Source: an uncultured Pseudomonadales bacterium
GTDB taxonomy: Bacteria > Patescibacteriota > Microgenomatia > UBA1400 > UBA12108
NCBI GenBank assembly: GCA_964527065.1
Contig: CAZGNX010000001.1
Span: forward strand, 45-64,044
DNA: 64,000 nucleotides
Direction of reading: 5' to 3'
Of this stretch, positions 36,807 to 45,656 are shown in pieces; position 1 is the first letter of the stretch, and the number at the start of each line of letters is the position of its first letter. Below the pieces are notes generated by a model. That model had not been told where the DNA came from, did not search any database, and worked only from the letters and a program-made list of their open reading frames with translations. The translations under genes were made by a program, and so were the position numbers.

Positions 36807-37597
36807 AAAAACTCATCTTACTTAAAATTGGCGGGGGGGTAATCACTGACAAGAATGTGCAGTATGGGTTGCGGGATGATATCTTATCTAGATTGGCAAG
36901 TGAGATTAGTGAAGGATGGAGGGAGTTGAAAAACACAAAAATAATTATTGGGAATGGGGCGGGGTCATTTGCACATTTTTCGGCCCATAAATATCGAACT
37001 ATCGAAGGATTTGTGGATGAAAATAGTCGAGTAGGTCTTGGGTGGGTGAGATATGATGCGGTTAAGTTAAATCAAATAGTGCTGGAGCAATTATTGTTGA
37101 GAGGAATACCAACTTTCTCTTTTTCTCCTTCATCGATGATGAGTGTTAAAAATGGTAAAACAAAAAAAGTCTTCATGGAATCAATGGTTGATGCTATGGA
37201 GCTAGATATGGTGCCTCTGGTTTATGGAGATCCCGTCATAGATGAGTCCAAGGGCTGTGATATTTACTCGACAGAGAAAGTATTTGATGAGTTGGCAGCC
37301 TACTTTGCCAAAAAGTATGAGGTAAGAGTAATTCATATAAGCTCAGAGGAAGGTGTCTACAAAAAAGGACAGGCAAGTGTATTTAATGTAATCACGAGAG
37401 ATAATTTTGCGGAAGTAAAGAATCATTTGGGTGGGTCAAACGGCGTAGATGTCTCGGGGGGGATGTTGCACAAGGTGGAGGAATGTCTTGGTCTAGCTAA
37501 GCTAGGGATCACAAGCCAGATAATTAGCGGGATGGTCCCTGGACGAGTTTCTGATGCTATGCTTGGTAAGAAAATTATTGGGACAACTATATGCTAG
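36803..37597 (+). CDS. ipk: isopentenyl phosphate kinase (amino-acid kinase fold; archaeal-type mevalonate pathway)
   Basis: 264 aa. 'ILLKIGGGVITDK' N-terminal kinase motif, 'IIGNGAGSFAH', 'VSGGM'. Confidence 0.7.
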   Translation: MKKLILLKIGGGVITDKNVQYGLRDDILSRLASEISEGWRELKNTKIIIGNGAGSFAHFSAHKYRTIEGFVDENSRVGLGWVRYDAVKLNQIVLEQLLLRGIPTFSFSPSSMMSVKNGKTKKVFMESMVDAMELDMVPLVYGDPVIDESKGCDIYSTEKVFDELAAYFAKKYEVRVIHISSEEGVYKKGQASVFNVITRDNFAEVKNHLGGSNGVDVSGGMLHKVEECLGLAKLGITSQIISGMVPGRVSDAMLGKKIIGTTIC

Positions 37598-38346
37598 ACA
37601 AGAATCGAGTACCCAGCCACGTAGGCATCATAATGGACGGGAACCGGCGGTGGGCCAAGAAGCAGGGGCTCGCGGCGGTGGCGGGACACGCGTATGCGGT
37701 CGATAACGTGGTAGAACAATTGATAGAGCACGCGGGGGAATTGGGCATCAAATATTTAACACTCTGGGCTTTTAGTACCGAGAACTGGGGGAGAGAAAAG
37801 GGGGAGGTTACTGCGCTTATGAACTTGTTCCGAAAGGCACTCGTGACCAAAGTTCAGAAATTTATTGAGAGAGGGGCAAGGCTCCAGATGATCGGAGACG
37901 TAACAAGTTTTGCGCCAGATATCCAGGAAGGGATGAAAAATGCCATGAAGGAGAGCGAGAAAAATGACAAAATTACCGTAACTTTCGCGCTCAACTATGG
38001 CGGGAGAGATGAGATCGTTAGAGCAGTGAATAGGATGGTGAGGAACCATGAGGAGACACCTTCCGCCTCTGGCGTCCCGACTCGAGATTCTCTCGCGTCT
38101 CCTGTTAAGGAGTCTCCTCTAATCACAGAATCCGAACTAGAGGGGTACTTAGATTCGGCGGGGACGCCTGATCCGGATTTCATCATACGGACAGGAGGAG
38201 AGAAGCGGACGAGTGGGTTCTTGATGTGGAGTGCTGCTTATGCAGAGTGGTACTTTACCGAGACCTTGTTCCCTGATTTTGGGCCAGCGCAGTTTGATGA
38301 GGCGATAGAGGAGTATCTGCGGAGGCAGAGACGGTTTGGGAAATAA
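37591..38346 (+). CDS. uppS: undecaprenyl-diphosphate synthase (cis-prenyltransferase)
   Basis: 'HVGIIMDGNRRWAKK', 'LTLWAFSTENWGR', 'RTGGEKRTSGFLMWSAAYAEWYF'. Carries a ~50-aa insertion (Ser/Pro-rich) before the final motif. Confidence 0.9.
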   Translation: MLDKNRVPSHVGIIMDGNRRWAKKQGLAAVAGHAYAVDNVVEQLIEHAGELGIKYLTLWAFSTENWGREKGEVTALMNLFRKALVTKVQKFIERGARLQMIGDVTSFAPDIQEGMKNAMKESEKNDKITVTFALNYGGRDEIVRAVNRMVRNHEETPSASGVPTRDSLASPVKESPLITESELEGYLDSAGTPDPDFIIRTGGEKRTSGFLMWSAAYAEWYFTETLFPDFGPAQFDEAIEEYLRRQRRFGK

Positions 38347-38493
38347 TTGAGGAGGATCGGCCAGACATATTTTGCTTTTGTGAAGCTCACTTCAGGAAAA
38401 ATTTTCTCGTGATGGTGTTCTCGTCATTTTTCTTGAAAGGTTCGACCCTACAATGCGCAAAATAGTCCCGTCCTGCACCTCGTTATTTGCATT

Positions 38494-38808
38494 CTATGAG
38501 ATGATGTTGACTTTGAAGATGACCTGGAGGATTTGAGCGATCCAGTAGGCGAGGAAGATGACAAAGAAGCCGGTGAGGGCGCCGGTCACCATTTTTTTAC
38601 CTTTTTCTTGTGACTCTTTGTCGGCGGCACCGGCGAGCATGGTAAAGCCTCCAAAGACTAGCATTCCAAGTAAGATTAGTCCTGCGATCGTCAGTAGATA
38701 AGGAAGAAAGCCACCAATGATGCCACCAAGGCTATCGGTGTCTGCAAGACTGCCACTGCCCAAGCCGATTGCTTTATTGAGAGATGTATAGTCGATGAAT
38801 TCTGGCAT
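38494..38808 (-). CDS. VirB2/TrbC-like pilin family small protein (second locus)
   Basis: 104 aa. 'GGFTMLAGAADKESQEKGKKMV' between hydrophobic helices 'LLTIAGLILLGMLVF' and 'GALTGFFVIFLAYWIAQIL'. Confidence 0.5.
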   Translation of the reverse strand: MPEFIDYTSLNKAIGLGSGSLADTDSLGGIIGGFLPYLLTIAGLILLGMLVFGGFTMLAGAADKESQEKGKKMVTGALTGFFVIFLAYWIAQILQVIFKVNIIS

Positions 38809-38810
38809 AT

Positions 38811-39248
38811 TTAATTAATGAACCCTGGTAGTTTGATGATATCACCTGCAACTATTCGTAGAATAGACACGGAGAAGATAATAAACAAAAGTCCGGTGAT
38901 CGCTCCAGTAAATAATTCTTTGCCCTTTTTAACTTGTTCGGCATTATTGCCACCAGTCATAATCTGGATAGTTGCAATGAGCATAATGATGATGGAGATA
39001 CCTCCCGCTAAACCTGTAAGAAAGGTGAGGAGGGCGGAGGAAAATCCGGCAGTAGAGGTGGGGATACAGCCAAGACCCGTGTTGATCTGTGGGTTTGTGG
39101 CGGAGCTACCGGGGCACCCACTAGTGGGGTCGATGGCGAGGGCCGCAGGGGCGAGTATAAAGTATAGAGTATAGAGTATGGAGTATAGAGCTGGGCGAGC
39201 GTGTGTTAGGATATGGGTATGGTTTCTCTCTGGAAAAAGCTTGTTCAT
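38811..39248 (-). CDS. free-standing pilin module paralogous to the C-terminus of the 879-aa protein
   Basis: 145 aa. 'GLGCIPTSTAGFSSALLTFLTGLAGGISIIIMLIATIQIMTGGNNAEQVKKGKELFTGAITGLLFIIFSVSILRIVAGDIIKLPGFIN'. Signal-peptide codons lie on an (AGTATAG)5-type heptamer repeat (39153-39189). Confidence 0.6.
   Translation of the reverse strand: MNKLFPERNHTHILTHARPALYSILYTLYFILAPAALAIDPTSGCPGSSATNPQINTGLGCIPTSTAGFSSALLTFLTGLAGGISIIIMLIATIQIMTGGNNAEQVKKGKELFTGAITGLLFIIFSVSILRIVAGDIIKLPGFIN
39153..39189. repeat. AGTATAA/AGTATAG/AGTATAG/AGTATGG/AGTATAG heptanucleotide tandem repeat in a signal-peptide coding region
   Basis: Read directly. Encodes 'LYSILYTLYFIL' on the minus strand. Confidence 0.85.
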
Positions 39249-40922
39249 ATAGTCACCGCAGTCGTTCTGATACTAGGCATGATTCTATCATACGAAGCGG
39301 TAGTGAAGGCGGAATCGCTAGAAGAAATTGAGAAACAAATGGCTGACTTGCAGCAGCAAATGGAGCAGTCGGTCAAGGCCACAACGCCGCTCGAGTCAGA
39401 AGTGGCCAAGCTTAACAAACAAATTGGCGGGATACAGGCACAAATCAAGGAATCAGGAATTAGAATAGAGGAACTAGAGGTAAGTGTCGCGGAGCGAGAT
39501 AAGGCGATAGCCTCGCAGTATATTGTGCTGTCGGCAAAAGTCCGGGACTTGTACAAAAAGACCAGCTTATTTTCTCCCTTGCTCGTATTTGTGTCCTCGC
39601 GCTCGGCAGGAGAGCTAACACGAGGGCTAGCCTATAAGTCGGCAACGGCAGATGAAGACAAAAATCTGATTGTGACTATCACAAGAGACATACTCCAGCT
39701 GGAGGATGACAAACAGAAGATTGAGGCAGATCGTATACGGCTCGCAGGACTCCAAAAGAAACTTGATAGCCAAAAAGCTTTCTTTGACCGTGAGATTGCT
39801 GGGGCAAAGAAATATCAGGCAGAATTATCGGGCAAAATTGCTGCTCTCTCGGCTAAACAGCAGGCAATCTTGTCGGAGAAATCAGGGACGTTCCAGACTA
39901 CTGTAGGAGATGTGCCGCTAGCGGATGACTCCGCGAGCCGCCCTGACTATAATCCAGGTTTTTCGCCGGCTTTTGCCGCGTTCTCATTTGGGGCACCTCA
40001 CTTTAAAGGCATGAGCCAATACGGAGCGTTTGGGCGTGCAAAACAAGGGCAAAGTTTTGAGCAAATTCTCAAAGCCTATTACGGAGGAGGGATCGAGATT
40101 AAAGATCATAACCCCGAAGCGCAGATTGTGGTAGAGGGTTATGGTACTTACTCACTCGAAGAATATGCCAAGCGCATCTATGAAATGCCAGGGTCATGGG
40201 GAGACGAGGGCGGTATGGAAGCACTTAAAGCCCAGGCAATAGCGGCGCGGAGTTATGCACTGGCGCGGGGAGGATCTATTTGTGCGACTGAGGCCTGCCA
40301 AGTGTTTAAACCAGCTCCAAAAGGGGGGAGGTGGGAACAGGCAGTGAATGAGACTCGCGGAAAAGTGGTTTATGCGGGAGGTGGGCCTTTTTCGACCTGG
40401 TATGCTTCGACTTCGGGAGGGTATCAAGAATCGTACACTAGCAATGGACATAACACCCCCGGATTTTGGGATACCCCTTCGGGCCAAGGTGGATGGACTG
40501 GGCAGGCGTATGAAAAAGTGGCGGGGAGTCCGTGGTTCTACAAAGCATGGTACAAAACCAGATCAGGAGACGCCTGCGGACGTAGTCATCCATGGCTCAA
40601 CTCAGAAGAAATGGCCGATATTCTGAATGCATGGGTAGTTTTGTTTCAAGGTGGGGGAGACTCGGGACGGGTGACACCAGAATCATCTTGCTGGGGGGGC
40701 AATCCATATAGCAAGGCCGATCTCCAGGGGATTGGCGGATTCACCAGTGTTTCTGGGGTGAGCGTGACATATGGGAATAACGGAGTCACAGCCAATGTGA
40801 CGTTTGAGACGAATAAATGGAGTACGACAATCTCGGGGGTTGATTTTAAAAAAGCGTTTAATCTGAGAAGTCCAGGGAGGATATCGCTTAAATCTGGTCT
40901 TTTCAATATTGAAAAGAAATAA
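39213..40922 (+). CDS. SpoIID/LytB-domain protein with N-terminal TM and coiled coil
   Basis: 569 aa. 'GMEALKAQAIAARSYALARGG' matches the conserved SpoIID/LytB core. Coiled-coil-like residues 30-220. Confidence 0.65.
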   Translation: MGMVSLWKKLVHIVTAVVLILGMILSYEAVVKAESLEEIEKQMADLQQQMEQSVKATTPLESEVAKLNKQIGGIQAQIKESGIRIEELEVSVAERDKAIASQYIVLSAKVRDLYKKTSLFSPLLVFVSSRSAGELTRGLAYKSATADEDKNLIVTITRDILQLEDDKQKIEADRIRLAGLQKKLDSQKAFFDREIAGAKKYQAELSGKIAALSAKQQAILSEKSGTFQTTVGDVPLADDSASRPDYNPGFSPAFAAFSFGAPHFKGMSQYGAFGRAKQGQSFEQILKAYYGGGIEIKDHNPEAQIVVEGYGTYSLEEYAKRIYEMPGSWGDEGGMEALKAQAIAARSYALARGGSICATEACQVFKPAPKGGRWEQAVNETRGKVVYAGGGPFSTWYASTSGGYQESYTSNGHNTPGFWDTPSGQGGWTGQAYEKVAGSPWFYKAWYKTRSGDACGRSHPWLNSEEMADILNAWVVLFQGGGDSGRVTPESSCWGGNPYSKADLQGIGGFTSVSGVSVTYGNNGVTANVTFETNKWSTTISGVDFKKAFNLRSPGRISLKSGLFNIEKK

Positions 40923-40988
40923 TCAATAATCAAATTCCAATCATCAAACAAATTCTAAGATTTAATGACCTAATTAGGTGATTAGATA

Positions 40989-41705
40989 TTGTTTGGAGCT
41001 TGGTTATTGATGATTGGTGATTATGTTAAAATTCAGATTATGGCGGACATTTATGTGGGGAAGGCGAGCGCACACAAACAAGCGGAAGTGATGAAAGAGC
41101 GCCTTTCGGTGACACAACTCAAGACATTGCTCAAGAAAACCGGTTCGGGGGGCTTGTTTACTTGCTATGCGACATTTCCCCCCAGCACAACATTTGAATC
41201 TCAGGAGGAGGGTGAGGAGGTTGTGTTATTTTTGCGCCAACATCTAATTGTGAATGTGCCGTGGATACTCCTTACTGTTTTTTTGTTGACCCTCCCGTCA
41301 ATTTTTACTTTTTTCCCGCCGTTTATTGCACTCCCTACCAGTTTTCAGTTTCTGCTTATACTTATGTGGTATTTGTTTGTGAGTGGATATGCCCTCGCCA
41401 AGCTGATGGGGTGGTTTTTTAATATATACATACTGACAGATGAGCGGATTGTCGACATTGACTTTGTAAATGTTTTGTTTCGTAAAGTTTCAACGGCTAA
41501 GATAGACGAAATCCAAGATGTGAACGTGGAGGCAAGTGGAGCGTTTCAGACATTCTTTAATTACGGAGGCGTCTTTATACAAACGGCGGCAACGGTTCCA
41601 GAATTTGATTTTGTAAATGTACCTCACCCCGACAAGGTGGCAGAGATTATTCACCAAATGATTGATATGGAAGAACAGGAAAAAATTGAGGGAAGGGTGA
41701 AATGA
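40989..41705 (+). CDS. membrane protein with bacterial PH (bPH_2/YdbT-like) domain
   Basis: 238 aa. Two TM helices, then 'YILTDERIVDIDFVNVLFRKVSTAKIDEIQDV' bPH_2-like. Confidence 0.45.
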   Translation: MFGAWLLMIGDYVKIQIMADIYVGKASAHKQAEVMKERLSVTQLKTLLKKTGSGGLFTCYATFPPSTTFESQEEGEEVVLFLRQHLIVNVPWILLTVFLLTLPSIFTFFPPFIALPTSFQFLLILMWYLFVSGYALAKLMGWFFNIYILTDERIVDIDFVNVLFRKVSTAKIDEIQDVNVEASGAFQTFFNYGGVFIQTAATVPEFDFVNVPHPDKVAEIIHQMIDMEEQEKIEGRVK

Positions 41706-41929
41706 ACTTACTCACTCTGCTTGAATCCATTACTTTTTTGTTAATTATTAAATTGCTAGTCGTGGTTTTGCTTGTAGTCTATACAATTTTTGCGTTTTTG
41801 ATGATGAAACAGATTAGTGCTATGACGCGGGCGGTGAGCATGAAAGATGATTTTGTCATCCGCATGCTCGGGGGGTTGCACTTTGCCTTCGCAGTTCTCA
41901 CATTATTGTTAGCCATAATGATGTTGTGA
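41702..41929 (+). CDS. small two-helix membrane protein
   Basis: 75 aa hydrophobic. ATGA-coupled to both neighbouring genes. Confidence 0.4.
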   Translation: MNLLTLLESITFLLIIKLLVVVLLVVYTIFAFLMMKQISAMTRAVSMKDDFVIRMLGGLHFAFAVLTLLLAIMML

Positions 41930-41930
41930 T

Positions 41931-43658
41931 ATGGTGCAACTCTCGTGCGTAAAAATAGTGGGATCTTCATCAAATACAACGTGGTTTCAGGCACAATCTT
42001 TCACGTGGGTTGGTAGAGAAATAATAGTAGTTTTGCAGCTTTCAATGGACGATCCAGCCTCAATGCTTGATTTGGCAACAATAGGAGCTGAGATGTTGAG
42101 GGAAATTGAGAGCAAGGGTGAGAGAATTTTGAACAGCAATCAGCTAGTAGAATTGATAGTATCTTTGATACAAAGTGTTGGCGAAGGACTCAAGATAAAG
42201 ATTATCACTGGACTATGGCAGGGAGAGACCCTTTTCCTGTATGGAACAGGTGATGTAGAGGCGTTTTTGGCCAGAGAGGGGAAATTGGCACGACTGTGCG
42301 AGTCTTGGGGTGCGGGTAGTAGTGTTGAAGGTCAACTGCAGGCGAAAGACATTGTTGTCCTTTCAACGAGCGAGTTTGTGGCGGGTGTAGGCTTAGCTAA
42401 AATAAAGGAAATTTTGCTCAGTGACGAAGAGCCAGCTGAGCTATTGACTCCCTTGGTCCATACACAAACAGACTCAAGTGGTGTGGCGGCGTTAATAGCG
42501 ACGGTCAATCCAGAGAAAGAATCACATCTTTGGATCCCAATGAAAATAGTCACGAGTGTGCCACGTAAGCTGAACTTGTGGATAGGAGCTCTCATTCTTG
42601 TATTACTTATAGTAATGATTGGAGTGGGTATGGTGAGGCGGGTCAAGCTCGTGGCGGAACGTAACATAGTAGAACTCCAATCCAGTGTGGCGAACAAGGT
42701 TGCAGAGGTGGCCGCGGTGGGTGATTTGAACCCGGAGCGTGCTCGTCAACTACTGACACAAAGTACACAAGAAGTGAATACTTATTTAGCGACCGAACCC
42801 AAGAAAGAATACAAGTTGCAAGCTGAGAGGTTGTTGCGCACAATCGCTGAGGCAGAAGAGAGGGTATTTAATAAAAGTGAAATTACGTTGACTACCGTGA
42901 CGGAACTATCTGTTTTGTCAGCTGGGCTCAATGCTGAGAGCATGAAGGGGGATGGGAAAGGAAACGTGCTTTTACTAGATACTCAAAATAAGGAAGTTGT
43001 GTCAATGCACTTAGCGGATAGATCAAGGCGAGTCATAGAGACAACAAATGAAAACATCGTCGACATTGCTGTGAATGAAACCAAACAATTCGGAGTAGAA
43101 ATCGGTGGTGTGTTTGAGTATTTTTGGGACAAAAAACCGGCAGTCAAGGTCATTGAAGCTGATGAGTTTTGGAAGGAGCCGACTCAAATCGATGTATTTG
43201 CAGGAAATATCTATGTGTTTGATAAAGCGCAGAGTGAGATCTGGAAATACCCTACTCTGGGGGCGACATTTGGGGGGAGGCGGCGATGGCTTGCCGCGGG
43301 GATTACCCCTGACCTCTCCAAAGTGGTGGATATGAAGGTGGTGGGAGATATCTGGCTACTAACCTCAACCGGTAAACTGGAGCGCTATAGACAAGGGGCG
43401 CCGGTGGCTTTTCTTATGGAAGGATTCCCTTCTCAGGGAGAAGGGAAGTTGCTGAAGGGACCTACTGCCCTGTGGGTTACTGATAGCTTGGTCTATGTAC
43501 TAGAGAGTGGAGCGGGGCGGGTAGTGGTGTTTAATGTGGACGGTCAGTATGAGGCGCAGTACGCCAACTCGGAGTTTGCGAGGGCGAGCGATCTCGTAAT
43601 TATAGATGATAAGGGGTATGTGCTTGTGGATAATGCGGTAAAGGAATTCGGACTTTGA
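41931..43658 (+). CDS. hypothetical protein with central TM helix and C-terminal beta-propeller-like repeats; start uncertain
   Basis: 575 aa. TM 'LWIGALILVLLIVMIGVGMV'. C-terminal repeated 'GNIYVFD', 'LWVTDSLVYVLESGAGRVVVFN', 'LVIIDDKGYVLVDN' strands. Confidence 0.5.
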   Translation: MVQLSCVKIVGSSSNTTWFQAQSFTWVGREIIVVLQLSMDDPASMLDLATIGAEMLREIESKGERILNSNQLVELIVSLIQSVGEGLKIKIITGLWQGETLFLYGTGDVEAFLAREGKLARLCESWGAGSSVEGQLQAKDIVVLSTSEFVAGVGLAKIKEILLSDEEPAELLTPLVHTQTDSSGVAALIATVNPEKESHLWIPMKIVTSVPRKLNLWIGALILVLLIVMIGVGMVRRVKLVAERNIVELQSSVANKVAEVAAVGDLNPERARQLLTQSTQEVNTYLATEPKKEYKLQAERLLRTIAEAEERVFNKSEITLTTVTELSVLSAGLNAESMKGDGKGNVLLLDTQNKEVVSMHLADRSRRVIETTNENIVDIAVNETKQFGVEIGGVFEYFWDKKPAVKVIEADEFWKEPTQIDVFAGNIYVFDKAQSEIWKYPTLGATFGGRRRWLAAGITPDLSKVVDMKVVGDIWLLTSTGKLERYRQGAPVAFLMEGFPSQGEGKLLKGPTALWVTDSLVYVLESGAGRVVVFNVDGQYEAQYANSEFARASDLVIIDDKGYVLVDNAVKEFGL

Positions 43659-43851
43659 TGTTTGAGAATCTTGTCTACCGTTTTTTTGTAAAACACGGAA
43701 TAATCGCCGGCGGCGATTTTCCTCTCGTGCAGTCAGGCGACCCTTCGCTACGCTCAGGGGCCATGCTCGCCTGAGCTTTGCACAATGGTTTTCAAAAAAA
43801 GATAGTCAAGATTCTCTTATTTATCAGATCCTTATTACCCTAGGGTAGAAT

Positions 43852-44295
43852 ATGGGTATGATAGTTAATAAACTGGCCAAGAGAGAGTATCAGATATCCG
43901 ACACGTGGGTGGCGGGGGTGATGCTCACAGGTGCTGAGGTCAAGACTCTGCGGGGCGGGCGGGGGAGTCTGCGGGATGCCTACGCCAAGCTGATTGGGGG
44001 CGAGTTGTTCCTGGTTGGGGCTGATATTCCGCAATACAGCCATTTTGCGGGGCAAGAATATGACTCTAAGCGGTCGCGTAAACTCCTCCTTAAATCAAGT
44101 GAACTTATTAAGATCCAGCAGAAAGTTGAAGGGAAGAATCTAACTCTTGTGCCGCTGCGGTTATTCTTTAAGGGGAGATGGGCTAAGTGTGAGATAGGAA
44201 TAGGTAAGGGGAAGAAAGAGTGGGAGAAGCGGGAGGATATCAAGCGGCGGGACGTGAACCGAGAGTTGGCCAAGGCCATTAGAAAAAAAGTTTAG
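43852..44295 (+). CDS. smpB: SsrA-binding protein
   Basis: 147 aa. 'YQISDTWVAGVMLTGAEVKTLRGG', 'LVPLRLFFKGRWAKCEIGIGKGKK', basic C-terminal tail. Confidence 0.9.
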   Translation: MGMIVNKLAKREYQISDTWVAGVMLTGAEVKTLRGGRGSLRDAYAKLIGGELFLVGADIPQYSHFAGQEYDSKRSRKLLLKSSELIKIQQKVEGKNLTLVPLRLFFKGRWAKCEIGIGKGKKEWEKREDIKRRDVNRELAKAIRKKV

Positions 44296-44298
44296 TGT

Positions 44299-44744
44299 GG
44301 AGACGGAGGGCAATGAGCCCTCGTCCGCGTACCGCTACTAACATCATCTACATACTTAGATAATTTTGGCCCACCTTCGCCGAGGCTTCGGCGGGTAAAA
44401 TTTTAACCTCTTTTATCTTTGGTAATTATCTAACCATCAGACCTAGGAGGGTAGTCTATGATATGGCTCTGAGCGACAACCCCAGAGTTACGTCTCGTGT
44501 GTGTTTCCACCTACGTCTTCCCCACGAGCAAGTGGGACGTAAATGTCCTGTTAGGCTCTATAACCCGCAAAGGTGTAGTTACCGATCAAGGAAGCAAACG
44601 CAGCATCAGCTTTCGCCAATACTTTGTTTACTGTCTGTGCAATTTTATTGACAGATTTTTTTTGACGCTGTTTGACAACTTCTCTCGTCAAAGTTGGTAT
44701 GCAGATGTTAATGAGCTGGTACACGTCAAAGCAAGACGTCCCCA
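44299..44744 (-). ncRNA. ssrA: tmRNA (ssrA) candidate, convergent with smpB; boundaries approximate
   Basis: 3' end reads GGAC-GAGGG-CUCAUUG-CCCUC-CGUCUCC-A (tmRNA-style GGAC + T-arm + 7-nt acceptor strand + discriminator A), ending 3 nt after the smpB stop. 5' GGGGACG at 44744 pairs with it perfectly and is followed by ...GCUUUGAC... (cf. GGAUUCGAC). Possible tag ORF ending ...FAGYRA-UAA at 44551, followed by hairpins. Confidence 0.4.
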
Positions 44745-44969
44745 ATAGATCAAAATATATCACAGAATCAGGCTAAATGCAAGATTGAAACAACAATCTT
44801 GCCGTAATCGCACAGAAAAACAGCGTCGATTGGCCAGCGCCAATCGCGCTTCTAACTCGATTTGGCGACTCCGCATCTGGCGGGACCGACTCGCCATGAT
44901 CTCGTAATGTTTTCTTACGCGAACATCGGCAAATTTGTTTGCCATTTTTTATTGTGGTACTTTTGTGAT

Positions 44970-45647
44970 ATGAGCATTATTGACCTCATTTTTCCAAGGA
45001 TTTGTGTGGGGTGTGGGAGAGAGGGGCAGTATATTTGTTCTGAATGCCAGAAGAAGTTGGTAGCTGTTGAGCAAATATGCCCGATGTGTTGTAAGCCGAG
45101 TTTAGACGGGTGGACGCACACGCGCTGCAAGTCACGATACGGGATGGATCGATTACTTGTGGGGCTTTCGTACCGTGGCATGGTGCAGGATTGCCTGAAA
45201 AGGGTCAAGTACAAGAGCGCATGGGAAATAATCGAGTTTCTATTTTCACTTTGCATCTTTGATTTGAAGGGGGAGATTGTCACCGCAGTACCTATGTTTG
45301 CACAAAAGGCGCGGGAGCGAGGATTTGACCAGGCAGAAATACTTGGGAAATTGGTCGCCAAAATTCACCGTGGGCGATTTTTAACTATGCTAGAGCGTGT
45401 GCGAAAAACAAAACCGATGTTTGGACTCACCCGACAAGCACGATCTGAAAATATTAAGGACGCTTTTCGAATAATCAATAACCATATTCCAATAAACAAA
45501 CAAATTCAAAATTCCAATGCCCAAATACCTAAACAAGTAATTCTGGTGGATGATGTGTGGACCACGGGAGCGACCATGCGGGAGTGCGCACAAGTATTGA
45601 AGAGAGCGGGGGCTAGAGAGGTGTGGGGAGTGACCCTCTCAAGGTAG
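44970..45647 (+). CDS. comFC: ComF family protein (ComFC: double zinc ribbon + phosphoribosyltransferase domain)
   Basis: 'CVGCGREGQYICSECQKKL...CPMCCKPS...HTRC' zinc ribbons and PRTase loop 'VILVDDVWTTGATMRE'. The ORF extends upstream to 44862. Confidence 0.7.
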   Translation: MSIIDLIFPRICVGCGREGQYICSECQKKLVAVEQICPMCCKPSLDGWTHTRCKSRYGMDRLLVGLSYRGMVQDCLKRVKYKSAWEIIEFLFSLCIFDLKGEIVTAVPMFAQKARERGFDQAEILGKLVAKIHRGRFLTMLERVRKTKPMFGLTRQARSENIKDAFRIINNHIPINKQIQNSNAQIPKQVILVDDVWTTGATMRECAQVLKRAGAREVWGVTLSR

Positions 45648-45656
45648 TACAATAGG

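Noticed and set aside
10607-39189. CRISPR array interpretation of the short tandem repeats
   Set aside because: The units are 7 nt with no spacers, so these are microsatellite-type repeats inside coding sequence. No cas genes are present.
44296-44420. Plus-strand tmRNA immediately following smpB
   Set aside because: The plus-strand reading lacks a 5' GGGG acceptor and a 3' tRNA-like end, whereas the minus strand gives a coherent acceptor/T-arm pairing.
44463-44945. Small ORFs (62, 83, 70, 61 aa) in the smpB-comFC gap
   Set aside because: The region is better explained as a structured RNA (tmRNA candidate) plus the comFC leader. The ORFs overlap each other and have no protein-like features.
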